From Macrostomum lignano (Eukaryota), in contig NIVC01004657.1 in the NCBI GenBank assembly GCA_002269645.1, forward strand, positions 1-39,098: 39,098 nt of DNA, in the 5' to 3' direction. The notes under the pieces are model-generated. The model made no database searches. It was not told the DNA's origin and worked only from the letters and a program-made list of their open reading frames with translations. The translations under genes and the position numbers were made by a program. Positions 12,749 through 22,997 of the stretch are shown here, one piece after another. How positions within the stretch are numbered: the stretch's first letter is position 1; each line of letters begins with the position of its first letter.

Positions 12749-14302
12749 CTAGGTTTCGCGAACATTTCTCTTTGATCTCTTTGAGCTCCGAGAAGGTTGC
12801 TGCTTTGTTCGCTTCTCCCCTTTTTTTATTGTCCCGCCGCCACTTAGCGCACTCGTCTTGGTTGAGGAGGACTGATCGGTCCCGCCGCTTCTTAGCGCAC
12901 TCGTCTCGGTTGAGGAGGACTGATCGGTCCCGCCGCTTCTTAACGCACTCGTCTCGGTTGAGGAGGACTGATCGGTCCCGCCGCTTCTTAGCGCACTCGT
13001 CTCGGTTGAGGAGGACTGATCGGTCCCGCCGCTTCTTAGCGCACTCGTCTCGGTTGAGGAGGACTGATCGGTCCCGCCGCTTCTTAGCGCACTCGTCTCG
13101 GTTGAGGAGGACTGATCGGTCCCGCCGCTTCTTAGCGCACTCGTCTCGGTTGAGGAGGACTGATCGGTCCCGCCGCTTCTTAGCGCACTCGTCTCGGTTG
13201 AGGAGGACTGATCGGTCCCGCCGCTTCTTAGCGCACTCGTCTCGGTTGAGGAGGACTGATCGGTCCCGCCGCTTCTTAGCGCACTAGAATCGATCCTTTT
13301 CTTTTTCCGGCGGGCATCCAACGAGCAATATTTGAATGAATTGCGGAAAAGACCGTCTGGTAGAGGATTAGGAGAAGCAGCTGTGAGGAACTGAGTAATT
13401 GTCCTCACAATATGACAATTCGCTGGCATACGAATTTGCTGCTTCTTGGCCATGCCAGACACGGTAGTCACGCACAATTCCGAGGTCGAAAAAGGGGAAC
13501 GAATGAGGAGTCTGGTGAGCTTTCGCAACTGCTTGTCACCCGGCTCGCGACGGAGTTCAGCGACCGCATGCTCAATAGCTGCCTTCTGCTCTCTTGTAAT
13601 AGTCACGTTCGGGGCGGACGCCAGAAGCGGCACTCGTTGGTCTTCTCCCAGAATCTCGGATATGACCTCGATCGATGGGGAAGCGTGAATAGCAGGAGCT
13701 ACCGAAGCTGGGGTTTGGCTTGTTGCAAGGCTTTGAGCGGCAAAGTCTTGCATAATCCGAATAACGTTGGATTGAAATTCGGATGATTCGCCAGTCGTTC
13801 TGAGACGATCAATTTCTTGGCGCAGGTCATCCATCTCAGCATTAGCCACCTCCAAGCGCCTCTGCGTCGACTTGTGCGCATCCACCTCCTTCAGTAGCAA
13901 GTCGTGCCTTTCAGACGCTGCCGCTTTGGCGCTTTGAAGCTCGTTTTTGAGCCTGTCCATCTGCTCCTCGACAACGGCCATCTTTCGGTGCAGCACGCTG
14001 CAACTATCGCAATCCAAGTCGATGCAATAAGTTTCGTCTGGCAATTGACAACACTGCATAGCGCGAGACGCAGCCTCCTTGTTATCGAACGGGCCCTTTA
14101 ATAGTTCCGCCTGTAGCAGCTGAGGCTTTGTGTGTCGTGTGTTGTGGGACGATAAGTTCACCAACACTTTCGCGAATTGCTGTGTAGGCGCTGGTGACGG
14201 TTTCACTATTCTCCTTACAGATATTGCATAGCATTGTCTATTGTTAGTTTCTGTGCCTTGAACTACCCAGAATGGTGGGTTTTCGTAAGACAAGCTTGCC
14301 AT
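12749..14302 (-). CDS. 517-aa intronless protein: N-terminal beta-rich region, coiled coil (aa ~105-170), BEN-like domain (aa ~225-335), 16-aa repeat tail and basic C-terminus
   Basis: Uninterrupted ATG-to-stop ORF. The segment VTITREQKAAI..LRKLTRLLIRSPFSTSELCVTTVSG..IVRTITQFL..FKYCSLDARRKKK fits the BEN pattern (Ll..lF..eEL...s..G...C...RR) by eye. Not confirmed by HMM. Confidence 0.75.
   Translation of the reverse strand: MASLSYENPPFWVVQGTETNNRQCYAISVRRIVKPSPAPTQQFAKVLVNLSSHNTRHTKPQLLQAELLKGPFDNKEAASRAMQCCQLPDETYCIDLDCDSCSVLHRKMAVVEEQMDRLKNELQSAKAAASERHDLLLKEVDAHKSTQRRLEVANAEMDDLRQEIDRLRTTGESSEFQSNVIRIMQDFAAQSLATSQTPASVAPAIHASPSIEVISEILGEDQRVPLLASAPNVTITREQKAAIEHAVAELRREPGDKQLRKLTRLLIRSPFSTSELCVTTVSGMAKKQQIRMPANCHIVRTITQFLTAASPNPLPDGLFRNSFKYCSLDARRKKKRIDSSALRSGGTDQSSSTETSALRSGGTDQSSSTETSALRSGGTDQSSSTETSALRSGGTDQSSSTETSALRSGGTDQSSSTETSALRSGGTDQSSSTETSALRSGGTDQSSSTETSALRSGGTDQSSSTETSALRSGGTDQSSSTKTSALSGGGTIKKGEKRTKQQPSRSSKRSKRNVRET
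12833..13285 (-). repeat. 48-bp coding minisatellite (~9.5 copies) encoding SALRSGGTDQSSSTET
   Basis: Near-identical in-frame units within the ORF. Confidence 0.96.
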
Positions 14303-17300
14303 AACTAGTGTTTTAGTGGGTCTTGGTTAATCTCGGTTGACGTAGGGAGAACGGCCTCTTGGCGCTCTAACAACTGTAGAGCGTAGTCGTCGGTCGATGT
14401 GGCCCTCGAATTTGGTAATCTGCAATCTGGAATGGTAGATTATGAATAATATTGATGTGGCAGCATTGATATAAAATCGAGTAACATTGATAAGGTAATC
14501 CTGCAAATGTTGTAGTGAGTGCATGAGTTGCACAGAAGTTTAACTAAAGGAATTACTAACGCAGACAATCCATGCATTTTTAATGGGATATTAGCTGGGC
14601 CAGAATTTGAAAATTAATACTTTATTATTATGGCGGTGTGGAGTGATGAGGTCTGAGACATGAGAATCTAGGGGATATAAAAAACAGGAAACGCAACCGA
14701 TAAACTTAAAGCGTGCTTAACCTATAAACATGATGCTCAGCAAAATTAGCTTGTTGTGTATGAAACAGATAAGTTGAGATCAGTTGAGGGGGTAAATAAA
14801 AAAGCCGTAAGATAGGTTTCTCAAGTGAATTAATAATTTCACGTCATATTTTATATTACATATTTACTTCAAATGCAACATCGCTGAGGTTTGGCGCGAG
14901 TAGGGTAGGGTATTAAGAGGAGATTACTATTAGGAAAAATATTATTAGCAAAGTAAGGATGGGTGGAGGATGATGAGAAATAGACCGACGAGATAGAGAG
15001 GTGGGAGAGGAAGAGTAGAAGGGGGAAGACGATGGTGGTGAGGAAGATGGGAATGAGGTAGAAGATGGCACGGGGAAGAAGCGAGGATGCAGTGATTTAA
15101 CAATGGGTTGAATTTCATTGTTGATAGTATGCAAAACCTATTCACAATCTGGGTTACTGGGTTACTGGTGTTGACTTTAAAGAAAAATTATTATCTTCTC
15201 TTAACTAAATATATAAAACACAAAACTCTATCCATGTGTCTGTGTGTGTGTGTGTGCGTCTGTGTAGCCGCTTTATTTATTTTTAAAGTGGCTACACAGA
15301 TTATTATTCACACAGATTACACAGATTATTATTCCCATATTGGTACAGTAGAGCATGTGCTGGCAACCCAATAACCAGAGTAAACTTCTATCTAATTAGG
15401 GATAAATCTGAAATATTCAATATCTTAGAAACCTTTTCTTGGTTTACCTTCAAATTTTCAGTGGAGTCTAGTTATATTATGACATATATTTGACAATATA
15501 TATAATATATAAAGTCAATACATATAATTTCTTGCGTATTAATACAAAAATGTGATTCTGATTTTCAGATAAATAAGTAGACCAATTTTGGATTTGCTCC
15601 AACAAGGTAAAATTAAATTATCTAAGACTGAAAATGTGTGAGTACAGAAGCAACTTCATAATGTAACCTATAGACTAATACCATTCTTTACCATTGTACA
15701 ATTAAATCCAGTCATAAAATAATACCAAATTTTATATGTAAAGGCTACAACAGGCAGACTACTATTATTTTATACAAAATTAACTGTATAGAATCTTAGA
15801 ATTATGAGTCTAGATTATTGTAAAAATTGTAAAAAAAGTCTTTATGCATAAATATAAAAATAAATAAGATAAAATATCAGTACTTCAAGAATCCCAGGAT
15901 CATTTTAAAACATATTTAAATTTCATAACAATGCAAATCATATTTCATGAAGACAATTATTGTATACAATTATATACTAATTCTTGCTTTATTAGAACTA
16001 AAGCTTCTTTCATAATATTTCTATCTAGAGCTTTAATAAGTCTGGTTTTACCAATTCAAATCAGAGTTTTAATTGATAAAGACCTTTGTTTCATGACCTT
16101 TATACTCACATGACCATCTTAATCACATATATACATTTGACCATCACATGGAATTGTCCAGGTATTATATAGTTTTAGCAGGCTAACAAGTAATGGCTGA
16201 TCAAACTAGGTTAAAATTATATATGCATATATACTAGAAAGTATCATAAAAATTGCATTTAACTACTATAGTGATATAGTACAAAGGACATACTTAGTGG
16301 CAATGCCAAAAATATTGTAGTTATAATTTTTTGACTATAATGCCATGCAAATACAAAATTAAAAAATTAAAGTTAAAATTAGTATTTATTCCTATAACCT
16401 GTTTGGTTCAGCTTGTTTTGGTTAATGCAACAAAAAGATACAAATTTAATACATTAATATAGTGCTTCTGCTTAATTTCTGCTTAATTTTGACTGATTAA
16501 AATAACCTCAGTTGAAATATATTTTCATACTCATTAAGTTCTAATACTTAATTTCCAAAATTGCAAATTGGCATATGAATGCACATTTTTTAATAAAAAG
16601 TTACTTAGCTATTTCTACTGATACATGCAGTTCATTCATATCAGTCTAATTTAGTTTAAATTTTTACAAAACAACTTTTCTGAGTGTGTAATAGAAAACA
16701 TGGATTGTCGTACCTGGTTAATATGACATTATGATCAGGAATTGTGTACTTGAAAAATAAGAAATATTACCACTATGTCTAGTTCCTAGTTCATGCCTAT
16801 AATTATCAACCTACTTTTGCATAATTTACCTTAGCAAACAAGCAAAACTAGACGCTAATTTCTTTAAAATAAAAAACGACTATGTGATGCTATCTAAACA
16901 CTATCACGTATTAACATACATTGTATGTACCCTGGATGTTCGTTAATAAAAAGTAAGATTTCATATAGGCCTAGCTAAAATTAACACCTGCATACAAACT
17001 CTACGGAAGTTCCATCTGTAAATTCGATTATGATCTATAGAAAACGATTTAGTATAGGTGGATTTATGAGAGTCACGAGAGTCTGGAGATATTACACAAA
17101 GATAACATCATAATGTAACACATTAAGTAAATTATCTTCCCAGGTTGCCTAAGATGTCTGATGATAAGCGCAATATCAGAATATAGCTACTAGTATGGCC
17201 GCTGATGGTGCACGCCATGACTGGCGCATCAGTCATTTAAAATAGATCGATATATTGGGCAGATAAATTTAACTTTTAACAAATACCATCATCGGCATGA

Positions 17301-18876
17301 TACTTATTAAACATAGTTCCGACCTTTAAAGTTGCTTTCGAGAACTTCTACTGCATTCATAATTTAATTAACATTGTACTTGTTCTTTCCGAGGCACACC
17401 TCATATGAAAATTACCAGATGTTACCAATTTATTAGAAAAGTTCCCAAAAGTTTCCGTACGTAATGAGTCATGCAGGGCGCCCGCCACTCATGAGGCCAC
17501 TGATAAGTTACCATAAGTTGCCGAAAATTCCCAAAAACTCACCAAAAAGTGCTAAAAGCTACCAAAAGTTTCCTAAATGTTGCCATTTTTTTACCTCTCC
17601 AAAAAGTTACCAAAAGTTACCATTCGCCGCGCTCAATGTTCCTAAAAGTTGCCAAACAGATAGCCAATCAGCGCACGCCACGGCGGCGCCCACCTCTTAA
17701 ACTTGAAAAGTAACCACAAGTTACCAAAATTTACCACTATTTAGCCATAAATTGCCATAAGCTACCAAATGTTCCCACAAATTGTTCCCATAATTTTTCA
17801 ACGGGTTTTGTCTTTTATCAAGTTGAAGGTTTTGCATACATAGGTGGTTTAGAAGATCCACTCATTAAAGGTAATAAATGAAAAGAACCGAATTCCGAAT
17901 AGAGCTGATCAGAAAGTTGTTCTTTACTTCAGAATTAAATAGCAGATTAATTCCTAACTACACTACTTATTTTGCACGCTTTTCAGTAGCAGCTAACGCA
18001 TGTTTTCTTTATCAATCAATACATAAACAGTGTCAAAAAAATTAAAAAATGCCAACTGATAGGTATTTAAATTTTATTCACAGTGACGATAAACTCGCAT
18101 GCACACTTGAAATGAACTGCCTCAATAAAAACAAAGGAAAACCTGCAGTTCCCAGTCCAGCCGGCTCCAATTTCTCGTGGTGCTAAAAGAGGCCGCCCTT
18201 TTAGCTACAACTTGCAAGGCAGATTTGCTTTTCAGCATCTCGAGAGAGTGGAGCATCGGCTTCGACATGCTTGTGAGCGAGTCGAGCAGTTGCTAGGGGG
18301 GGGCTACTCGAATACTCACCTCAGCGCCTGCCGCTGCTTCGGGCTTCTTCTTCTCCTGCTCAGCCTTGCCCCTCTCCTTGCCCTGCCGGTCTCGCATGAG
18401 CTTAAATAAAGCAAAACTGCCGCCTGCCCAGACTCGGCCGGCGGTTGAGGAAACGGGAGAGGGGAAGAGGAGGAGGTGGACAGTTCACAGGCTGCTCACA
18501 GGCTGCTCACAGGATGCCCAGCACGTTCTCCGCCTCGCCTCTTCTCCCCGCATGCCTTCCCCAGCTCTGGCCGTCTCGAGAGGTGAGTGTGTCAGCCCCC
18601 GAGCCGCTCCTGCACAGGGGGGGCGCTGATCCCCCGGCAGTGGGATTTGCGGATTAGCAGTCCCTCCCCACCTCTCCACCCGCCCGGATGAGCGCCGCCC
18701 CCGTCGTGTCCCCCGCCCGCCACTGCAGACCTTGAAAAATATTTCTTCTTTTCCTCGGATCCGCTCCTATCGGCCTCCCAGACACGGAACTGGAGCCACC
18801 CCCGCAGAGAAGCGATTTCGGACACTATTGCTGCTCCAATCCTCTCTCGGGCCTGCTCTCAAATCCCCAGTTCTCG

Positions 18877-18878
<2 letters not shown>

Positions 18879-18956
<78 letters not shown>
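18879..18956. repeat. (CA)n microsatellite, about 39 units
   Basis: Perfect dinucleotide run. Confidence 0.97.
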
Positions 18957-18960
<4 letters not shown>

Positions 18961-20366
18961 CGCTCAGCGCCGTGCTCGAATCCTGGAGCACTGAGTGCTG
19001 AGCTTGCAGGGCAGGCGGATTGGCAGGCAGAATTTCCAATAACAACTCTCTCAGCCCCGTCTGCGGCCCCAGTCTGCTGGGCCAGGGACGGCTGATCGAG
19101 AAAAAAGCAGCACCTTGGAGTGGCAAATACGCAGAAGGCAGTCGGGTTATCATCAATTCTGTCCGGTTGAGCACCCGGTCGGATGACGTCGCTAAAAAAT
19201 CGAAAATCTGCCCCCCCCTAAATTGGTGTCTGGGGGAAGCTGAGTTGCTACAGCAGTCCAGACTCTGGCTCTAGATGTCCTTGGCTGAGGTGAGGCCGTG
19301 GCTCCTCCCCCCCATGGGAACCGAGGGGAGGAAGGCAGAGGGGAGGCGGGTACATGCGCATTAAGCGACCCAAGAGCTTCTCTTGAGCCCAGACAAACCA
19401 AGTTCTGGTTCCTCGGGTGGGGGCGTCTGGTCGGTGGGGAAGCGGCGATGAAGATGGCAGGGAGGCTGGAGCAGGGAGAACGGCAGCGAAAGCAGAGGCT
19501 AAAAATAGAAGCCGCCTCTTCTGCTTTATTCTCTCGACTGCATGTCTGTCCGTCCGCCGACTCGCCAGCTGCCACTGAAAGCTGTGCGCATCTCCGATTG
19601 CCATGATTCGTACCTTGGAGACTTTTGAAGGCATTTTTCAAGCACCAAATAGTTCCGCATTTCCGCTGCAGTCAGAGTAGAAAATTAATGGAAATCCTGT
19701 AGGCTACCGAACTGTTTATTGAGACAAATTCGTAGAATTGGCTGCAATTTTCGTGCCAACAACACTTTCTATCCTCACGGCTTTTTCACAACCCCAGCCA
19801 GCGGCTTCAAGTCTAAAACTTCTGCTTTCCAAAGCAGCAATTAATCTTGGCGCAGCTTGGCGCAGGAAATTAGGGGAAAACTGTAATTAATATTTATATC
19901 CACCTGGATTTGTCCCCTGTGCAGCATGGCCAAGCCCAATTCATTCACTGCTGCTGTGGGTCTGGTGGGCGGGCTCTGCCTTTAATAATGATCCGCTCGT
20001 GCCTCCAGGAGGGCTGCCGGCACCTTGGCGCAAGGCCTGCGGTCACATCATCTCGCAACCAGCGCCGGGGTCGTGGCGCTACCGACTCAGACTCATTTAT
20101 ACCGCATGAGCTGCCCGCCCCCGAGGCTTCACATGTCTTCAATGTATTTCTTGGAAACAGACTTTGAGCACTCCTGATTGCTCCTGATCTCCAACACCAG
20201 GCTTTGGTACTCAACTAGCTAATTTAGTGCGACAGCAGAGTCGAACATTTTCTGATCAATGAATTCATTTGCCGCAAAGTTAGTTCAACAATGAAAATTT
20301 GCAAATTTATGCTGAAGAAATGAAGCTTACTACTTGAAGTCATAAATTATTAGTTCAGAGTTGCGT

Positions 20367-20397
20367 TCAAAGTTCCTCATTGTTCGACTTCATTGAG

Positions 20398-20434
<37 letters not shown>

Positions 20435-22387
20435 CCGGAGTCGGCGCCGTCCGGGCGCTCAGGTCGACAATTCCAAAAGCCAGCCGCTCCCGCCGCAGGA
20501 GGCCGCTGAGCAGCCGCATCTCCGAATCATCGGCTCGATTTTCACCCAACAGCTCAGCACGGAAGTTCCGGTTGTACTCAACCAGGAAACGGAGCGACTC
20601 AGCGTAAGTCAGCTCGCCGTCTTTGTCCTCTCTGACGATGCCGCTCTCGTCCAGACGCGAGATCTCCACGGTTGCCAGGCCGTCGGCGCCCGCGCCGGCC
20701 CGCAGCTGCAGCACCAGGAGCCCCGGCACCGGGCTGGAGTAGCCGGGCGGCCCGAACCAGTCCAGCTGCTCGCCCGCCTTCGCCCGGACCAGCAGGCCGA
20801 AGTTGTACACGCTGGACAGCTTCGCCGCCAAGACGCGCTGCAGCAGAGTTGGCGTGCTGTCGCCTGCAAATGTGTTCGATTTCCTGTGCTGCAGTTTTCT
20901 GCTTTTAGCTGGTGCCTGCGGCGCTAAAATGAGTGCCTGCGGCGCTAAAATGAGTGCCTGCGGCGCCAAAATGAGCGCCTGCGGCGCTAAAATGAGTGCC
21001 TGCGGCGCTAAAATGAGTGCCTGTGGAGCTAAAATGAGTGCCTGTGGAGCTAAAATGAGTGCCTGTGGCGCTAAAATGAGTGCCTGTGGCGCTAAAATGA
21101 GTGCCTGCGGCGCCAAAATGAGTGCCTGCGGCGCTAAAATGAGTGCCTGCGGCGCTAAAATGAGTTCCTGTGGAGCTAAAATGAGTGCCTGTGGAGCTAA
21201 AATGAGTGCCTGCGGCGCCAAAATGAGTGCCTGCGGCGCTAAAATGAGTGCCCGCGGCGCTAAAATGAGTGCCCGCGGCGCTAAAATGAGTGCCCGCGGC
21301 GCTAAAATGAGTGCCTGCGGCGCTAAAATGAGTGCCCGCGGCGCTAAAATGAGTGCCCGCGGCGCTAAAATGAGTGCCCGCGGCGCTAAAATGAGTGCCT
21401 GCAGCGCTAAAATGAGTGCCGGCGCTAAAATGACAGATGACAACACCAATTCGGAAATAATGGAAATGTAGGAGTTTAGTCATGTACATGTAGAATTTTC
21501 GGTTTTGTCCCCCCACCCTAAAATCCATGGCGACGCCCCTGATACTCGTACCAGCACACACAAATCAACTTCCCAGTACGCATCGAACGAAACCCATTCT
21601 TAGTTATTTGGAATTTGTCAGTCCAATAGCTGAAGAACTGTCAATTTTTCAGCGAAAACCTGTTTCCGCCAGAGCTCCTTGTGCCGAGAAGTTTTTTAGA
21701 CCAGACCAAAGTATGTTCGGGTGACAACAAGCAACATGCTACTCACGGACTGCAAAAATTGCGGTAAACTTTGTCGGGTCAGAGCTCACAGCCTCCGTGA
21801 GCAGCCGCTGAATGTCCGCCTTCTCCGTCACGCGCACGATGGAGTCGCTCGGCACGGAGTCACTGGCGTGGCTGACAGCCGCATCGAAGGAGTCGGTGTC
21901 TAGGCAGGCCGCCAGCTTCCGTTCCGCTGGTCCGAACGGCAGGGCGCGAAACTTCAGGCCAGCCGTCATGTTCAAATTCTGCGTTGAGCGACCGATTGAG
22001 CGATTGACAAAACTGTATAAAAGAGGCCGACCCAGTCAAGAGCGCAGCTGATCTCACCAGCAGCTCGGCAGTCTCCCGATCGTCGCGGTGCACCAGGCCG
22101 AACCGGATCAGGCCGCGCAGCTGCTCGGCCGCCTCGCGGAACGGCTCGAACAGCCAGCCTTCGTGGAAGAACAGCACCCAGGCGGACTTGTCGTCCTCCA
22201 GAACCAGGGCGGTGACATTCTCCGGCCCGATCGGCACGAAAGCCCACGGAATGTTCGGCGAGGTGGCGTCGATAAAGATGGTGCTCGAGTCGGGACGACT
22301 GTCTTGGGAAGCCACAACAACGGTGGCGGCAGCCAGAAGGCACAGGGCAGCCGACAGGAGCCACTTGACACGAAATTCAGCTGACAT
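20367..22387 (-). CDS. Secreted/ER-luminal thioredoxin-fold (PDI-like, no CxxC) protein, ~352 aa, with C-terminal polyQ and -NNEEL
   Basis: Exons 22387-22058, 21978-21747, 20863-20367 with GT-AG and phases 0/1. Signal-peptide-like WLLSAALCLLAAATVVVA. AWVLFFHEGW..FREAAEQLRGLIRFGLV resembles a PDI/Trx domain. DSTPTLLQRVLAAKLSSVYNFG resembles a second Trx-like domain. KDEL-like EEL end. Confidence 0.75.
20915..21430. repeat. 21-bp intronic minisatellite (gcctgcggcgctaaaatgagt), ~24 copies
   Basis: Lies inside intron 20864-21746 of the Trx-fold gene. Confidence 0.95.
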
Positions 22388-22997
22388 ATTGACAAAATAG
22401 GCTAAGGCTCTTGCTAATTGATTTTTCGGGCATATCAACATGCAGCAGTATAGCATACTGATATCTCACTGCAGATCGGCTTATCTGACGGAATCCACTT
22501 ATCTTGACATTGCCGTTCAAGCAAGCATTTTGCAGAAGCATGTGGCTTCAGTCCCACGGACGCCAAGCCCACAACTAAGTTTTTCACAGAAAATAATCGG
22601 ACACAGCGAAATTCGAAAAAACATGGAAGGGCTTAAATCGGCGCATTAAGCTTCTTAGAAACTTTCTGAGCTGCACCTGGAAACAATTTCTAAGGCGCAC
22701 CATTCTCTATATCGATAGCAGCAAACTAGACGGAAAATATAAAAATAAACTAGCAATATTCACGTCACACATCGTCAAAGGTACCGTCTGAGAGTCCAAT
22801 TTAACTTTCATGTGCTCTCGAACAATCATTGTTTGCACTCCATTGTTCAATCCATTGGCAGGCCAGGGCCTCTGTGCACCTTACTAGTATGCACATTTAC
22901 TTCTCAGAGTATGACAGAAGGGTTAAAAATAAAAGGGCTGTAAAGTCAACACAATAAGAGACTTTACCTTGCAGGTCAATCCCAACCTTTTCCGGTC

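Larger units (their letters stand above)
11575..17805 (-). mobile_element. 6.2-kb TIR DNA transposon, probably CMC/EnSpm(CACTA)-like, non-autonomous, carrying a BEN-like gene
   Basis: Left end CCCGTTGAAAAATTATGGAAACA (11575). The right end (ending 17805) reverse-complements to CCCGTTGAAAAATTATGGGAACA: 18 nt perfect, 22/23 identical. TT flanks both sides (possible 2-bp TSD, weak). AAAAGTT(A/C/G)CC subterminal repeats occur at both ends. The superfamily call is inference from CCC termini, 2-bp TSD and subterminal arrays. Confidence 0.8.

Noticed and set aside
21480-21541. GC-rich MITE-like end (minus strand ggggcgtcgccatggattttagggtgggg)
   Set aside because: No matching second terminus was identified.
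20803-21561. ORFs with ACGAKMS, APQALIL or AGTHFSA repeats on both strands
   Set aside because: They come from the 21-bp intronic minisatellite; the acceptor at 20864 excludes it from the Trx-fold CDS.
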